Shown here in pieces: positions 55,856 to 64,000 of a stretch of 64,000 nt of DNA. Numbering within the stretch: the first letter of the stretch is position 1; each line of letters begins with the position of its first letter. The DNA comes from an uncultured Oscillospiraceae bacterium. Lineage in GTDB: Bacteria; Bacillota; Clostridia; Oscillospirales; Ruminococcaceae. A program made the position numbers and the translations under genes. The DNA lies in assembly GCA_910577565.1 (NCBI GenBank), contig CAJTNJ010000003.1, forward strand, positions 25,090-89,089. The letters are read 5' to 3'. The notes beneath the pieces were generated by a model that saw only the letters and a program-made list of their open reading frames with translations, did no database searches and was not told where the DNA came from.

Positions 55856-57270
55856 TGGAATATGAATTAGTCATGGGGCTTGAAACCCATATTGAACTTT
55901 CGACTAATACGAAGATTTTTTGTTCTTGTACTACCGAGTTTGGTGGAGAACCAAATACCCATTGTTGTCCTATATGTATAGGACTTCCCGGAACTATGCC
56001 AAAACTAAACCGAGAAGTTGTTAAATATGCTATCATGGTAGGTCTTGCTACTAATTGTGATATAGCAGAAATTGCCAAGATGGACAGAAAAAACTATGTT
56101 TATCCTGATCTACCAAAAGCATATCAAATATCAGAATATGACATGCCGATTTGTGAGCATGGGCATATTGAGCTTTCAAATGGTAGAAAGATTGGACTTA
56201 CACGTATTCATATAGAAGAAGACGCTGGAAAGCTTATTCATGACAGAGGGCAGACCTTTATTGATTATAATAGGGGAGGGGTTCCGCTCATTGAGATTGT
56301 ATCCGAACCTGATTTTAGATCGGTTGAAGAGGCAATTGAATATCTTGAGCGGTTGCAGTTAATCGTTAAGTATATTGGTGTTTCCGATTGCAAGATGCAA
56401 GAGGGAAGTATGCGCTGCGATGTCAATGTATCTGTAAGGCCAGTTGGTGTCAAAGAGTTTGGAATTAGAACCGAAATAAAAAATATGAATTCCTTTACTA
56501 ACATATCAAGAGCGGTAAAATATGAAATGCAAAGGCAGATAGACTTGATAGAGAACGGTGAGAAGGTTGTTCAAGAGACGCGGCGTTTTGATGATGTCCT
56601 TGGTGTGACTGAATCTATGAGAGGAAAGGAAGACGCGCATGATTATAGATATTTTCGCGAACCTGACCTTGTAACTATTAAAACTACCAAAGAAGAAATA
56701 AACGCTATCAAAGATTCTTTGCCTGAACTTCCCGATAAAAGATTGGCAAGATATATAAAAGATTATGGATTATCAGAAGTTGATGCTAGGCTGATAGTTA
56801 AATATAAACGTGTTGCTGATTTTTTTGAATTGTCAACAAAGGGACTAAAATCTTATAAAAGCTGTTCAAACTTGATATTATCTTTAATTTTTTCCAAACT
56901 TGATAGCGATTCTGAAAAAGAAGAGTTTAACATAAAAGTAACGGCAGAAGATATGAACGAACTGCTTAATTTACTTGAATCGGGTAAAATTACAAATAAT
57001 ATTGCCAAAAGAGCGCTTGAAGATATGTTAAATACGGGCAAAAATGTTAAAGATATTTTGTCTGATGACGATTTAAAAGGTTTGGATGAGAACGAACTTA
57101 AATCAATATGCGATCAAGCTGTAAAAAGCAATCCGCTTGCTGTTAAAGATTATCTTGCGGGCAAAGAAAAAGCAGTAAAAGCTTTGATCGGTTTTGTTAT
57201 GAAAACCACTAAAGGTCGTGCAGATGCAAGGACTGCTGAAAAGTTTATAATTGACATGATTAAAAAATAA
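55855..57270 (+). CDS. gatB: Asp/Glu-tRNA amidotransferase subunit B
   Basis: MEYELVMGLETHIELST..KIFC is the GatB N-terminus, with a C-terminal YqeY-like domain. The ATG overlaps the gatA stop (TGATG). The track offers TTG at 55852. Confidence 0.95.
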   Translation: MEYELVMGLETHIELSTNTKIFCSCTTEFGGEPNTHCCPICIGLPGTMPKLNREVVKYAIMVGLATNCDIAEIAKMDRKNYVYPDLPKAYQISEYDMPICEHGHIELSNGRKIGLTRIHIEEDAGKLIHDRGQTFIDYNRGGVPLIEIVSEPDFRSVEEAIEYLERLQLIVKYIGVSDCKMQEGSMRCDVNVSVRPVGVKEFGIRTEIKNMNSFTNISRAVKYEMQRQIDLIENGEKVVQETRRFDDVLGVTESMRGKEDAHDYRYFREPDLVTIKTTKEEINAIKDSLPELPDKRLARYIKDYGLSEVDARLIVKYKRVADFFELSTKGLKSYKSCSNLILSLIFSKLDSDSEKEEFNIKVTAEDMNELLNLLESGKITNNIAKRALEDMLNTGKNVKDILSDDDLKGLDENELKSICDQAVKSNPLAVKDYLAGKEKAVKALIGFVMKTTKGRADARTAEKFIIDMIKK

Positions 57271-57324
57271 AAACAAGTGGGATAGATGAAGTTTATAACT
57301 CTATATCCCACTTGTTTTGTTTTA
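57271..57324. terminator. Bidirectional terminator between gatB (+) and degV (-)
   Basis: aaacaagtgggata (57271-57284) pairs with tatcccacttgttt (57304-57317) and is followed by tgtttta. Confidence 0.7.
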
Positions 57325-57330
57325 TTAAAT

Positions 57331-58188
57331 TTATTTGTTTCTCAGAAAAATTATTCCAAGAGTATTTGGTCCTCCATATGAACTTACTGAGCAGTTTGAT
57401 TTTGCTTTAATCACTTGGTTAAAATTATATTCATTTTTTAATTTTTCTGCTATATTTTCAACTATCTTTTGATCGCAGCTTGAATGGGCAACAAATACTA
57501 TACTTTTGTCTATATCATTGCGATTTTTTAATTTTTTATCTACATATTTTGGTACACATCTAATCCACGAACCTTTATATTTTTTCCCCATTGTTAGTTT
57601 TCCATTTTTAATATATATGCAAGTATGTAGGTTAAACAAGTTGTTCAAAAATTTATATATAGGAAGACATCTGTCGGCTGCATAATAATAATTTAATGTA
57701 TCTAAAATAAAACTAGTCTCGACTTTAGGAACTAAATTATTATTTAACATATTTGCTATATATTTTGCATTTTTTCCTTCTGCTACCAGCTTACATGCAT
57801 TTATAACACAAAGCGCAATACCAGATGATGCATTAAGAGAATCTATTATGTATATACTGCCTTTGGGTAGTTCTTTTGCTGCTGTACATGCATTTTGATA
57901 ACAAGCTGTCAATTCACTGCTTATATTTATATGAATAACTTGATACCCACTGCCAACTATAGGCATAAAGAAATCGAGATAATCACGTATAGATACCGCA
58001 TAGGTTCTTGCTATCGTTTTTGTTTTTTCATAATAATCAAACATGTCATCAGGGTTAATATCAATTGTATCTCTGTATGTATCTGAGCTTGTTTTAATAT
58101 AAAGTGGCATTATTTTAATATTATATTTTTCAATTAAGTCATGTGGTATATCAGCTGCACTATCAGTAGTAATAATTATTTTATTCAT
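57331..58188 (-). CDS. DegV-family fatty-acid-binding protein
   Basis: 285 aa. The N-terminus KIIITTDSAADIP and overall length are typical of DegV. Confidence 0.85.
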   Translation of the reverse strand: MNKIIITTDSAADIPHDLIEKYNIKIMPLYIKTSSDTYRDTIDINPDDMFDYYEKTKTIARTYAVSIRDYLDFFMPIVGSGYQVIHINISSELTACYQNACTAAKELPKGSIYIIDSLNASSGIALCVINACKLVAEGKNAKYIANMLNNNLVPKVETSFILDTLNYYYAADRCLPIYKFLNNLFNLHTCIYIKNGKLTMGKKYKGSWIRCVPKYVDKKLKNRNDIDKSIVFVAHSSCDQKIVENIAEKLKNEYNFNQVIKAKSNCSVSSYGGPNTLGIIFLRNK

Positions 58189-58700
58189 TAATTTCCTCCA
58201 TAAATTTAATTTAATTGATAAATAATAATGTTTTAATCAACTGAAATTAATTTGGTTTAATTTTTAATATTTACGCCACAATAAAATTAATTTGTAATTT
58301 TATCTTATAATAGGAAGTTTTTATGTAGAATGATTTTTGCTTATTTTTATTTATTGATTTTAAGAAAAATAAATCATTTTTTAATTATAAAAACAATTTG
58401 GATAACACGATTTTTAATAGTTATGCTTTGAATTATCATAATAGTGCTTAAACAGTTGATAAAATATAATGTTATATATTGTGTGATATTTTTATGATTT
58501 TATATTGTTTCATTTTTATTTTAATTATCAAATATTATATATACAAAACGAAATATAAATTTTTACTGTATATAATTAAAAATTTTTTATTTTGTTTTTA
58601 ATAAAATTTCAAATGGTCGCATTAGCAAATATATATATGGGATTTTTTCTTTAGAATTCACCTCCTGGAATATGCCATTTCATATTATTATATCATAAAA

Positions 58701-59213
58701 TTATTTGCATATCAAATTTACAGATAAAACGCTCATAATCATGCCAATAAAGTCACCTAAAACTGCAGCTGGAATAGCATATCTTGTTTTTGAAATGCCA
58801 ACAGCTCCAAAATAGACTGCCAAAGTGTAAAATGTTGTTTCGGATGAAGCTACCAAAACGCTTGCTATCAATCCTACTTTTGAGTCCGGTGGATGGACTT
58901 TGAAAACTTGTTCCAGCAAAGAAAGCGCACCCCCACCTGAAATAGGGCGCAAAAGAGCAAGCGGTATTAAATCTTTTGGAAGGCCAAATAGCGAAAAAAA
59001 GGTACTTAAAATATTACATAAATAATTTAGTCCTCCCGATGCATTTAGCATTCTAATGATTGATATTAAACCAACAAGCACGGGCAAAATTGATATGGCT
59101 GTTTTAAGGCCGTCTTTTGCACCATCTATGAAAACTTTAAACACGTCCACCTTTTTAATTATTGCTGTGAGAAATATAAAAGCGATGATTACGGGTATAA
59201 AGTAATCTGTCAT
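58701..59213 (-). CDS. spmB: Spore maturation protein B
   Basis: 170-aa membrane protein (nucleoside-recognition/Gate-like), overlapping the end of spmA by 4 nt. Confidence 0.8.
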   Translation of the reverse strand: MTDYFIPVIIAFIFLTAIIKKVDVFKVFIDGAKDGLKTAISILPVLVGLISIIRMLNASGGLNYLCNILSTFFSLFGLPKDLIPLALLRPISGGGALSLLEQVFKVHPPDSKVGLIASVLVASSETTFYTLAVYFGAVGISKTRYAIPAAVLGDFIGMIMSVLSVNLICK

Positions 59214-59791
59214 TTATTTTTATCCCCCCAAAACTGTGCAAATATTTTGACAGCTATTATTGAAAACAACAGTGTAACTAGAGAAGATAAAAGCATAGGC
59301 AGCATAATTTTCATTGGCCAAGCAGAGCCGTGTTCTAGCCTTATTGTTGAAATTGTTGTTGGTATTATTTGAAGAGCAGCAGTGTTTATAACGCAAAATA
59401 AGATCATATTATGGGAAGCATAACCATCTTTTTTTTCATATTTTTGGAACCTTTTCATAGCATCTATTCCAAAAGGTGTAGCGGCATTTCCAAGGCCAAG
59501 CAAATTTGCAGAAACATTCATAGATACAGCTTCTATTGCATCAATTGATGGATTTCTAAACAGCTTATTTAGAATTGGTTTAAATAGTTTAGCTATCATT
59601 GAGGTTATATTAGCTTGTTGTGCTACTTTCATAACACCTGACCAAAAGCAGATAGCTCCTGCTATTGATAAAAATAGTTTTACTGCTTCTGTCCCTCCGC
59701 CGATAGCAGCAGTGCTGACCTGTGAAATTTTGCCAGATATTATGCCAAAAAAAACAGCGAATATTGCACCTATGCTAAAAATCCATTTCAA
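59210..59791 (-). CDS. spmA: Spore maturation protein A
   Basis: 193-aa membrane protein with the nucleoside-recognition domain pattern (NLLGLGNAATPFGIDAM). It pairs with spmB. Confidence 0.8.
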   Translation of the reverse strand: MKWIFSIGAIFAVFFGIISGKISQVSTAAIGGGTEAVKLFLSIAGAICFWSGVMKVAQQANITSMIAKLFKPILNKLFRNPSIDAIEAVSMNVSANLLGLGNAATPFGIDAMKRFQKYEKKDGYASHNMILFCVINTAALQIIPTTISTIRLEHGSAWPMKIMLPMLLSSLVTLLFSIIAVKIFAQFWGDKNK

Positions 59792-60175
59792 AATGAAAGC
59801 ACCACCTTTTATAAAGAATTATATTCATATTAGGTGTAGAGCATGACTGCGAAGTGTTTAAAATACAAAAAGGGTGAAAAACATATCAAGGCAGAGAAAT
59901 GTTTAATCATCTAAAAAGTAGTGAATGTAAAAGTATGAGTTAGCTATGTTAAATAACCACTATAAAACAGCATACATAATGGAAAAAGGTTATTTAAATG
60001 ATTGAATTTGATATGGTAAAATTAGATAAAAACCTAATAAATGCTTTAACATGGAAGATGTGAGTATAGTTTTTTGTAGGTATATTTTTTGTGTTTTATA
60101 AAATAAGTATCAGTTTGTTGGAACTTTCACAAATTAATTTAACATGATATAATATTTTACAAGAGGTGAAAGGTA

Positions 60176-60682
60176 ATGAAGACAAAAATACTTGTTATTC
60201 AAATGCTTTTGTTGTGTATGATTTTATTTAGTGGATGTAATTCGCAAAACGCACAAAATCAGATAGAATCTTGTGAATCATCCGTTTTGGAAAGTAATAC
60301 ACAAATTAAAAAGTACTCAGTTGATGAGTACTTGATTGTAAGAAATATTTTTGTAGACAAATATAGAACAACCGTTGAATTGATTCAAAAAGAGATTTCT
60401 GGTTTTAATTTAAGTGAAGATTGGTGGAACAACTACAAATCTTTGCACAGTGATGTGGATAGTATGTCAGCTGCTTTTCTTGGTATTAGAGAAAAAGTTT
60501 CCGATGAGAATATGAACGACTTTAATAACATTAAAGATGAAATTGATAAATATGCAGTTGCTATAAATAAAATTGAAGAGGCTTATGGTAAAAGTGCGGA
60601 TGAACAGGCAATAATAATTGCAGAGGGTGTTAAAAATATGAATATCGCTAATTATGATTGGAAAAATAAAATAGGTGATTAA
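60176..60682 (+). CDS. Hypothetical lipoprotein
   Basis: 168 aa with lipobox LFSGC behind AGAGGTGAAAGG. The mature part is helical and acidic. I recognise no family. Confidence 0.6.
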   Translation: MKTKILVIQMLLLCMILFSGCNSQNAQNQIESCESSVLESNTQIKKYSVDEYLIVRNIFVDKYRTTVELIQKEISGFNLSEDWWNNYKSLHSDVDSMSAAFLGIREKVSDENMNDFNNIKDEIDKYAVAINKIEEAYGKSADEQAIIIAEGVKNMNIANYDWKNKIGD

Positions 60683-61806
60683 TTTATAATTATTGGTTTT
60701 GTTCTAAAATCTATGCCACAGGGTTTTGGATTTTTTTGGCATAGTGTAAATAGGTCTGTTGCTTTGGAATCGAGATTTGCGGAATAGGGGAACTGTTTTT
60801 CTATTGCCTTAAAATTCGATGTTACCATTATTTTAGAAGACTTTTTTATATTTGATAATATTTTTTTGCCGGTTTGATTAAAACCTAAAACTCGTGCATA
60901 TTCAGGGCTTTTAGGTAAATCTTGTTTATATATATCCATGAGCGAGTAAAAGGCAATTCTTCTAATTCTTGAGTATGTATATCGTTTAGTTTTTACAAAT
61001 CTAAAGAACTCATCCAAGTTTTTTGAGTTTTTAGAGGCTTTAAATAATCTATTTTCTAAACCTTCAGTAACGTCCGGCAAATTATAAAAGTCGGATAAAC
61101 TTCTGTTTCGAAATTTATAAAATAATAGTTTTTCAGGAAATTGGCTGGGTTCTTTATATAAGCTTAAAATTTCATTAGGGACATAATCACAAAGCATTTG
61201 AGGATTTTTTCTCAGGTAAGAAGCGCTGGCTGTTTTATCTGGAATATCGCTGTTGTGTTGTGCTCCTAATCTTTTTATCGTATGAAAAGAAATGTTTGAT
61301 TTTATTTTTAAACAAGCTTTTATATATTCAACTCCAAGAGTGTTGTTAGGAAAGTTAAGAATAGAAGCTTTTGAGCCGATTGCGAGTTGTCGAGCTTTTG
61401 GATAGCTGTATCCTTGTTTTAAATAATATTTCATTTGTTCTTTGCTATCAATTTCTTTGCATAGATTAGCTACTTTAATTAATTTATTAATATTGCCTGA
61501 TTCACTTCCAAAGCTTATAATGTTAACGCAATTTAAATCGTTAAGTATCTTAACGGCTCCGTAAGAAAACCTTTCTGCACAAGAACAAGAAAATGTTGTT
61601 GGAAGTTCAATTACAATATCAGCACCACACATAAGAGCTGCTTTTGCCCTGGACCACTTGTCGTATATTGCAAGATCACCTCGTTGCATTAAGTGACCGC
61701 TCATTATAATAATTACGGCATCAGATATTTTTTTTACTTTATTTATGTGATATAAATGTCCGTTATGTAATGGGTTGTACTCAGCAATGATACCACAAAT
61801 TTTCAT
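60679..61806 (-). CDS. tmcAL: tRNA(Met) cytidine acetate ligase (UPF0348/YlbM family nucleotidyltransferase)
   Basis: 375 aa. The N-terminal HxGH-type motif IIAEYNPLHNGHLYHI and the family layout match. Confidence 0.8.
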   Translation of the reverse strand: MKICGIIAEYNPLHNGHLYHINKVKKISDAVIIIMSGHLMQRGDLAIYDKWSRAKAALMCGADIVIELPTTFSCSCAERFSYGAVKILNDLNCVNIISFGSESGNINKLIKVANLCKEIDSKEQMKYYLKQGYSYPKARQLAIGSKASILNFPNNTLGVEYIKACLKIKSNISFHTIKRLGAQHNSDIPDKTASASYLRKNPQMLCDYVPNEILSLYKEPSQFPEKLLFYKFRNRSLSDFYNLPDVTEGLENRLFKASKNSKNLDEFFRFVKTKRYTYSRIRRIAFYSLMDIYKQDLPKSPEYARVLGFNQTGKKILSNIKKSSKIMVTSNFKAIEKQFPYSANLDSKATDLFTLCQKNPKPCGIDFRTKPIIIN

Positions 61807-61975
61807 GTATAACTCCTATATATTTTTAATTAATTTTATATAGTTATACTAAACACATATTGGTTTTACAGCTTGATTCTAGTAGATTTTTAGTATATAA
61901 TATAAAAATAGATAATATGCTGTTTATATTATATTCAATTAGCATATAGATTTATAGATTGAGGAGGAAATAGAA

Positions 61976-62512
61976 ATGATTAATATTACTGCAAGGGGAT
62001 TTGATTTAAAGCAAGGAACAAAAGATGGGGTAAGTAAAGAATTAAAAAGAGTTGAGAAAATGTTGCCTGAAACAGCGGGTTTTGATGTTACAATAGCAAA
62101 AAAGATAAATGGTTATAAATGTGATATAACAGTAAAAGATGCTGGGAGCTTTATAAGAGGGGAGGCAATTGCTGAAAAAATTGAGCCATCAATTGATTTT
62201 GCGGTTGATGATTTAAAAAGAAAAGTTCGTAAATTAAAAACTTATTTTGTTGATAAAAAGAGAAAGTCAGGAATTGATAATTTAGCAGAATCGATGTTTG
62301 AATTAGGTGATGAGGTTGAAATAGAAAGCCATAATCCTTCAATTGAGATAAAGCGTGTAAAGAAAGTTTCTCTTCAGATGATGAATGACGATGAAGCTAT
62401 AGTTCAGATGGAAATGCTTGGACATACATATTTTGTATATATTGGTGATGATGGGAATACAAAGGTGGTATATAAAAGAAAAAAGGGTTATGGTCTGCTG
62501 ATATGTGAATAG
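61976..62512 (+). CDS. hpf: Ribosome hibernation-promoting factor (long form)
   Basis: 178 aa. N-terminal S30AE/sigma-54-modulation domain plus a C-terminal dimerisation domain (MMNDDEAIVQMEMLGHTYFVY). Confidence 0.9.
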   Translation: MINITARGFDLKQGTKDGVSKELKRVEKMLPETAGFDVTIAKKINGYKCDITVKDAGSFIRGEAIAEKIEPSIDFAVDDLKRKVRKLKTYFVDKKRKSGIDNLAESMFELGDEVEIESHNPSIEIKRVKKVSLQMMNDDEAIVQMEMLGHTYFVYIGDDGNTKVVYKRKKGYGLLICE

Positions 62513-62594
62513 AATATACTTAAAAATTGTAAAGTATCTTTTGATTTTTCAAAGGGTACTTTTTTATTTAAAATATACTTAGCTATATTATAAT

Positions 62595-63527
62595 TTATCG
62601 TTTCATAAAGTCCAAATCATTTAGGTTATATGGCGTATTTTGATATACAATATAGTTTAGCCAATTGGAAAACAACATATTGGCATGACATCTCCAATTG
62701 AAAACAGGAGCACTGTTTGGATCATCATTTTGAAAATAGGCATATGGTATAGAAATCTTATTGTTGTTATTGTTCAAGTCACGTTTATATTCATTAGCAA
62801 GTGTGTCTCGATCATATTCTGAATGTCCAGTTATAAAGAAATCTCTGCAATTTTTATCTGCTACAATATGGATTCCGGAAATTGGAGAGCTTGTCAATAT
62901 TTTAAGATTTTTATTATTATTAATTTCTTTAGCATCCAAATCAAAGTACCTTGAATGTGGCACCCAAAAAATTTCATCAAATCCTCTTAAAAGGGTATGG
63001 GAATTGTCTAAGATATTGTGAGGGAATATCCCAAATATTTTGTCTTTAAGTATATGTGGATTGATGCCGTAGTTGTAATAAAGATTGGCGATAGCCCCCC
63101 AGCATATATTTAAAGTTGAATATACATTTAATTTTGCCCAATCAAATATTTTGCATAATTCATTCCAATAATCAACATGTTCGAACTTAATTTTTTCAAC
63201 CGGAGCGCCTGTAACAATCATACCATCAAATCGTTGATTTTGTATTTGATCAATTGTTTTATAAAATTTAATCATGTGTTCTTTTGATGTATTTTTTGAT
63301 ATGTGGTTTTTGGTTTGCAGTAGTTCGATATTTATTTGAATAGGTGAGTTACTTAAGAGCCTTAGTATTTGTGTTTCAGTTTCAATTTTTTTCGGCATGA
63401 GGTTAAGTAGTAATATACGTAGTGGACGTATATCTTGTTTAATTGCTCTGCTTTGAGTCATAACAAATATATTTTCATTTTCAAGAGTAGACGCTGCCGG
63501 TAAAGAACTAGGTATATTAATAGGCAT
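62595..63527 (-). CDS. metA: Homoserine O-acyltransferase (MetA family)
   Basis: MPINIPSSLPAASTLENENIFVM..RA..QDIRPLRILLLNLMP is the MetA N-terminus, with the catalytic Cys in LNICWGA. The start is at ATG 63527, not the track start 63587. Confidence 0.9.
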   Translation of the reverse strand: MPINIPSSLPAASTLENENIFVMTQSRAIKQDIRPLRILLLNLMPKKIETETQILRLLSNSPIQINIELLQTKNHISKNTSKEHMIKFYKTIDQIQNQRFDGMIVTGAPVEKIKFEHVDYWNELCKIFDWAKLNVYSTLNICWGAIANLYYNYGINPHILKDKIFGIFPHNILDNSHTLLRGFDEIFWVPHSRYFDLDAKEINNNKNLKILTSSPISGIHIVADKNCRDFFITGHSEYDRDTLANEYKRDLNNNNNKISIPYAYFQNDDPNSAPVFNWRCHANMLFSNWLNYIVYQNTPYNLNDLDFMKR

Positions 63528-63558
63528 ATTACAAATCCCCATTTTATGATTTTTATAT

Positions 63559-63587
63559 ATTATAACAAAATTAGTTTTTATATGCAA
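63559..63587 (-). promoter_or_regulatory. Candidate sigma-A promoter of metA
   Basis: On the minus strand, TTGCAT (63582-63587) - 17 nt - TATAAT (63559-63564). Confidence 0.5.
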
Positions 63588-63640
63588 TTGAGTTTGTTTA
63601 AGGAGAGTCCCCTAAAATAAGTTTATAAAAAAGAAGAAAG

Positions 63641-63745
63641 AAAAAATGCAGATTTGAGTGAGGGATACAAGAACTTAGCTAATGCGAATTTATTAAAAGC
63701 ATGAACAAATATTTTAAAGATGGCTTTTGCAGCATCTATAGATCT
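63641..63745 (+). repeat. Dispersed ~105-bp repeat, copy 2 (partner at 9098-9200)
   Basis: See copy 1. Same orientation, and again it lies a little over 100 nt upstream of a minus-strand gene start. Confidence 0.7.
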
Positions 63746-64000
63746 AAGAAAGCATTTGGATTTTCTATGCAAAGGTGCTATATAATGCCTTAAGTCCGAA
63801 TTTTACCCCTTCTTGGGGTAAGTCTCTCTTTTGTTTTTTAGTGATGTATGCGCTCCATAATAATAGACATTAGAGTATGCAGAATATGTATTTGAACAAT
63901 AATGCTCTGCTTTTGGTGAACTGTCTAAAAGCCTTTGTATTCTTTAATTACTTTTGTCATATGCTATATAGTATCCTACCATTTGCGTTTTCTTTACTTA

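Noticed and set aside
63528-63900. A SAM (S-box) riboswitch or Met T-box upstream of metA.
   Set aside because: The minus-strand leader lacks the GC-rich S-box core (…GAGGGA…GCCC…). The only strong hairpin (taccccttcttggggta, about 63816-63832) looks like a terminator of a neighbouring transcript.
63843-64000. Minus-strand frames near the right edge (MTKVIKEYKGF*, then ...YCSNTYSAYSNVYYYGAHTSLKNKRETYPKKG*).
   Set aside because: They are short and interrupted, show no recognisable family, and are truncated by the window edge. The evidence is too weak to call a gene or pseudogene.

Overview
This is an AT-rich (about 30% GC by eye) chromosomal segment from an endospore-forming Firmicute. Sporulation genes present include spoVT, spmA/spmB, a SpoVD/FtsI-like class B PBP and a YabE-like G5/3D protein. 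Most of the window is housekeeping. It holds a sugar ABC importer locus with two paralogous binding proteins, nadB-nadC, hemW-lepA, pyk, polA, rplU-prp-rpmA-obg-mrnC, an rsmF-like gene, yebC, aspS-gatCAB, degV, tmcAL, hpf and metA. Intact coding density is low: my own CDS tally is about 45 of 64 kb. Many intergenic gaps run 400-900 bp and there is a lot of gene debris. The debris includes degenerate tandem copies of the 3' tails of pyk and of the PBP gene. It also includes a MerR/TipAS pseudogene that keeps an intact MerR-type promoter, and relics of IS481-, IS5- and IS1-family elements. A group II intron 3' relic (clear domain V) sits in a truncated phage SNF2 helicase. The clearest accessory region is about 35.6-46.6 kb, between the cysteine desulfurase gene and rplU. 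It carries two tRNAs (Thr-GGU, Trp-CCA), the mobile-element relics, and two divergent large secreted GLUG-repeat proteins. One GLUG protein has BspA-type LRRs and the other has an internal two-helix membrane hairpin. Other items worth follow-up are three tandem paralogous membrane proteins of unknown family (25.9-27.8 kb) and a His15-less, Ser46-retaining HPr/Crh-like gene behind the ABC ATPase. There is also an untracked 54-aa N/Q-rich ORF and a dispersed ~105-bp repeat. I found no CRISPR array, no recognisable defence system and no intact mobile element.
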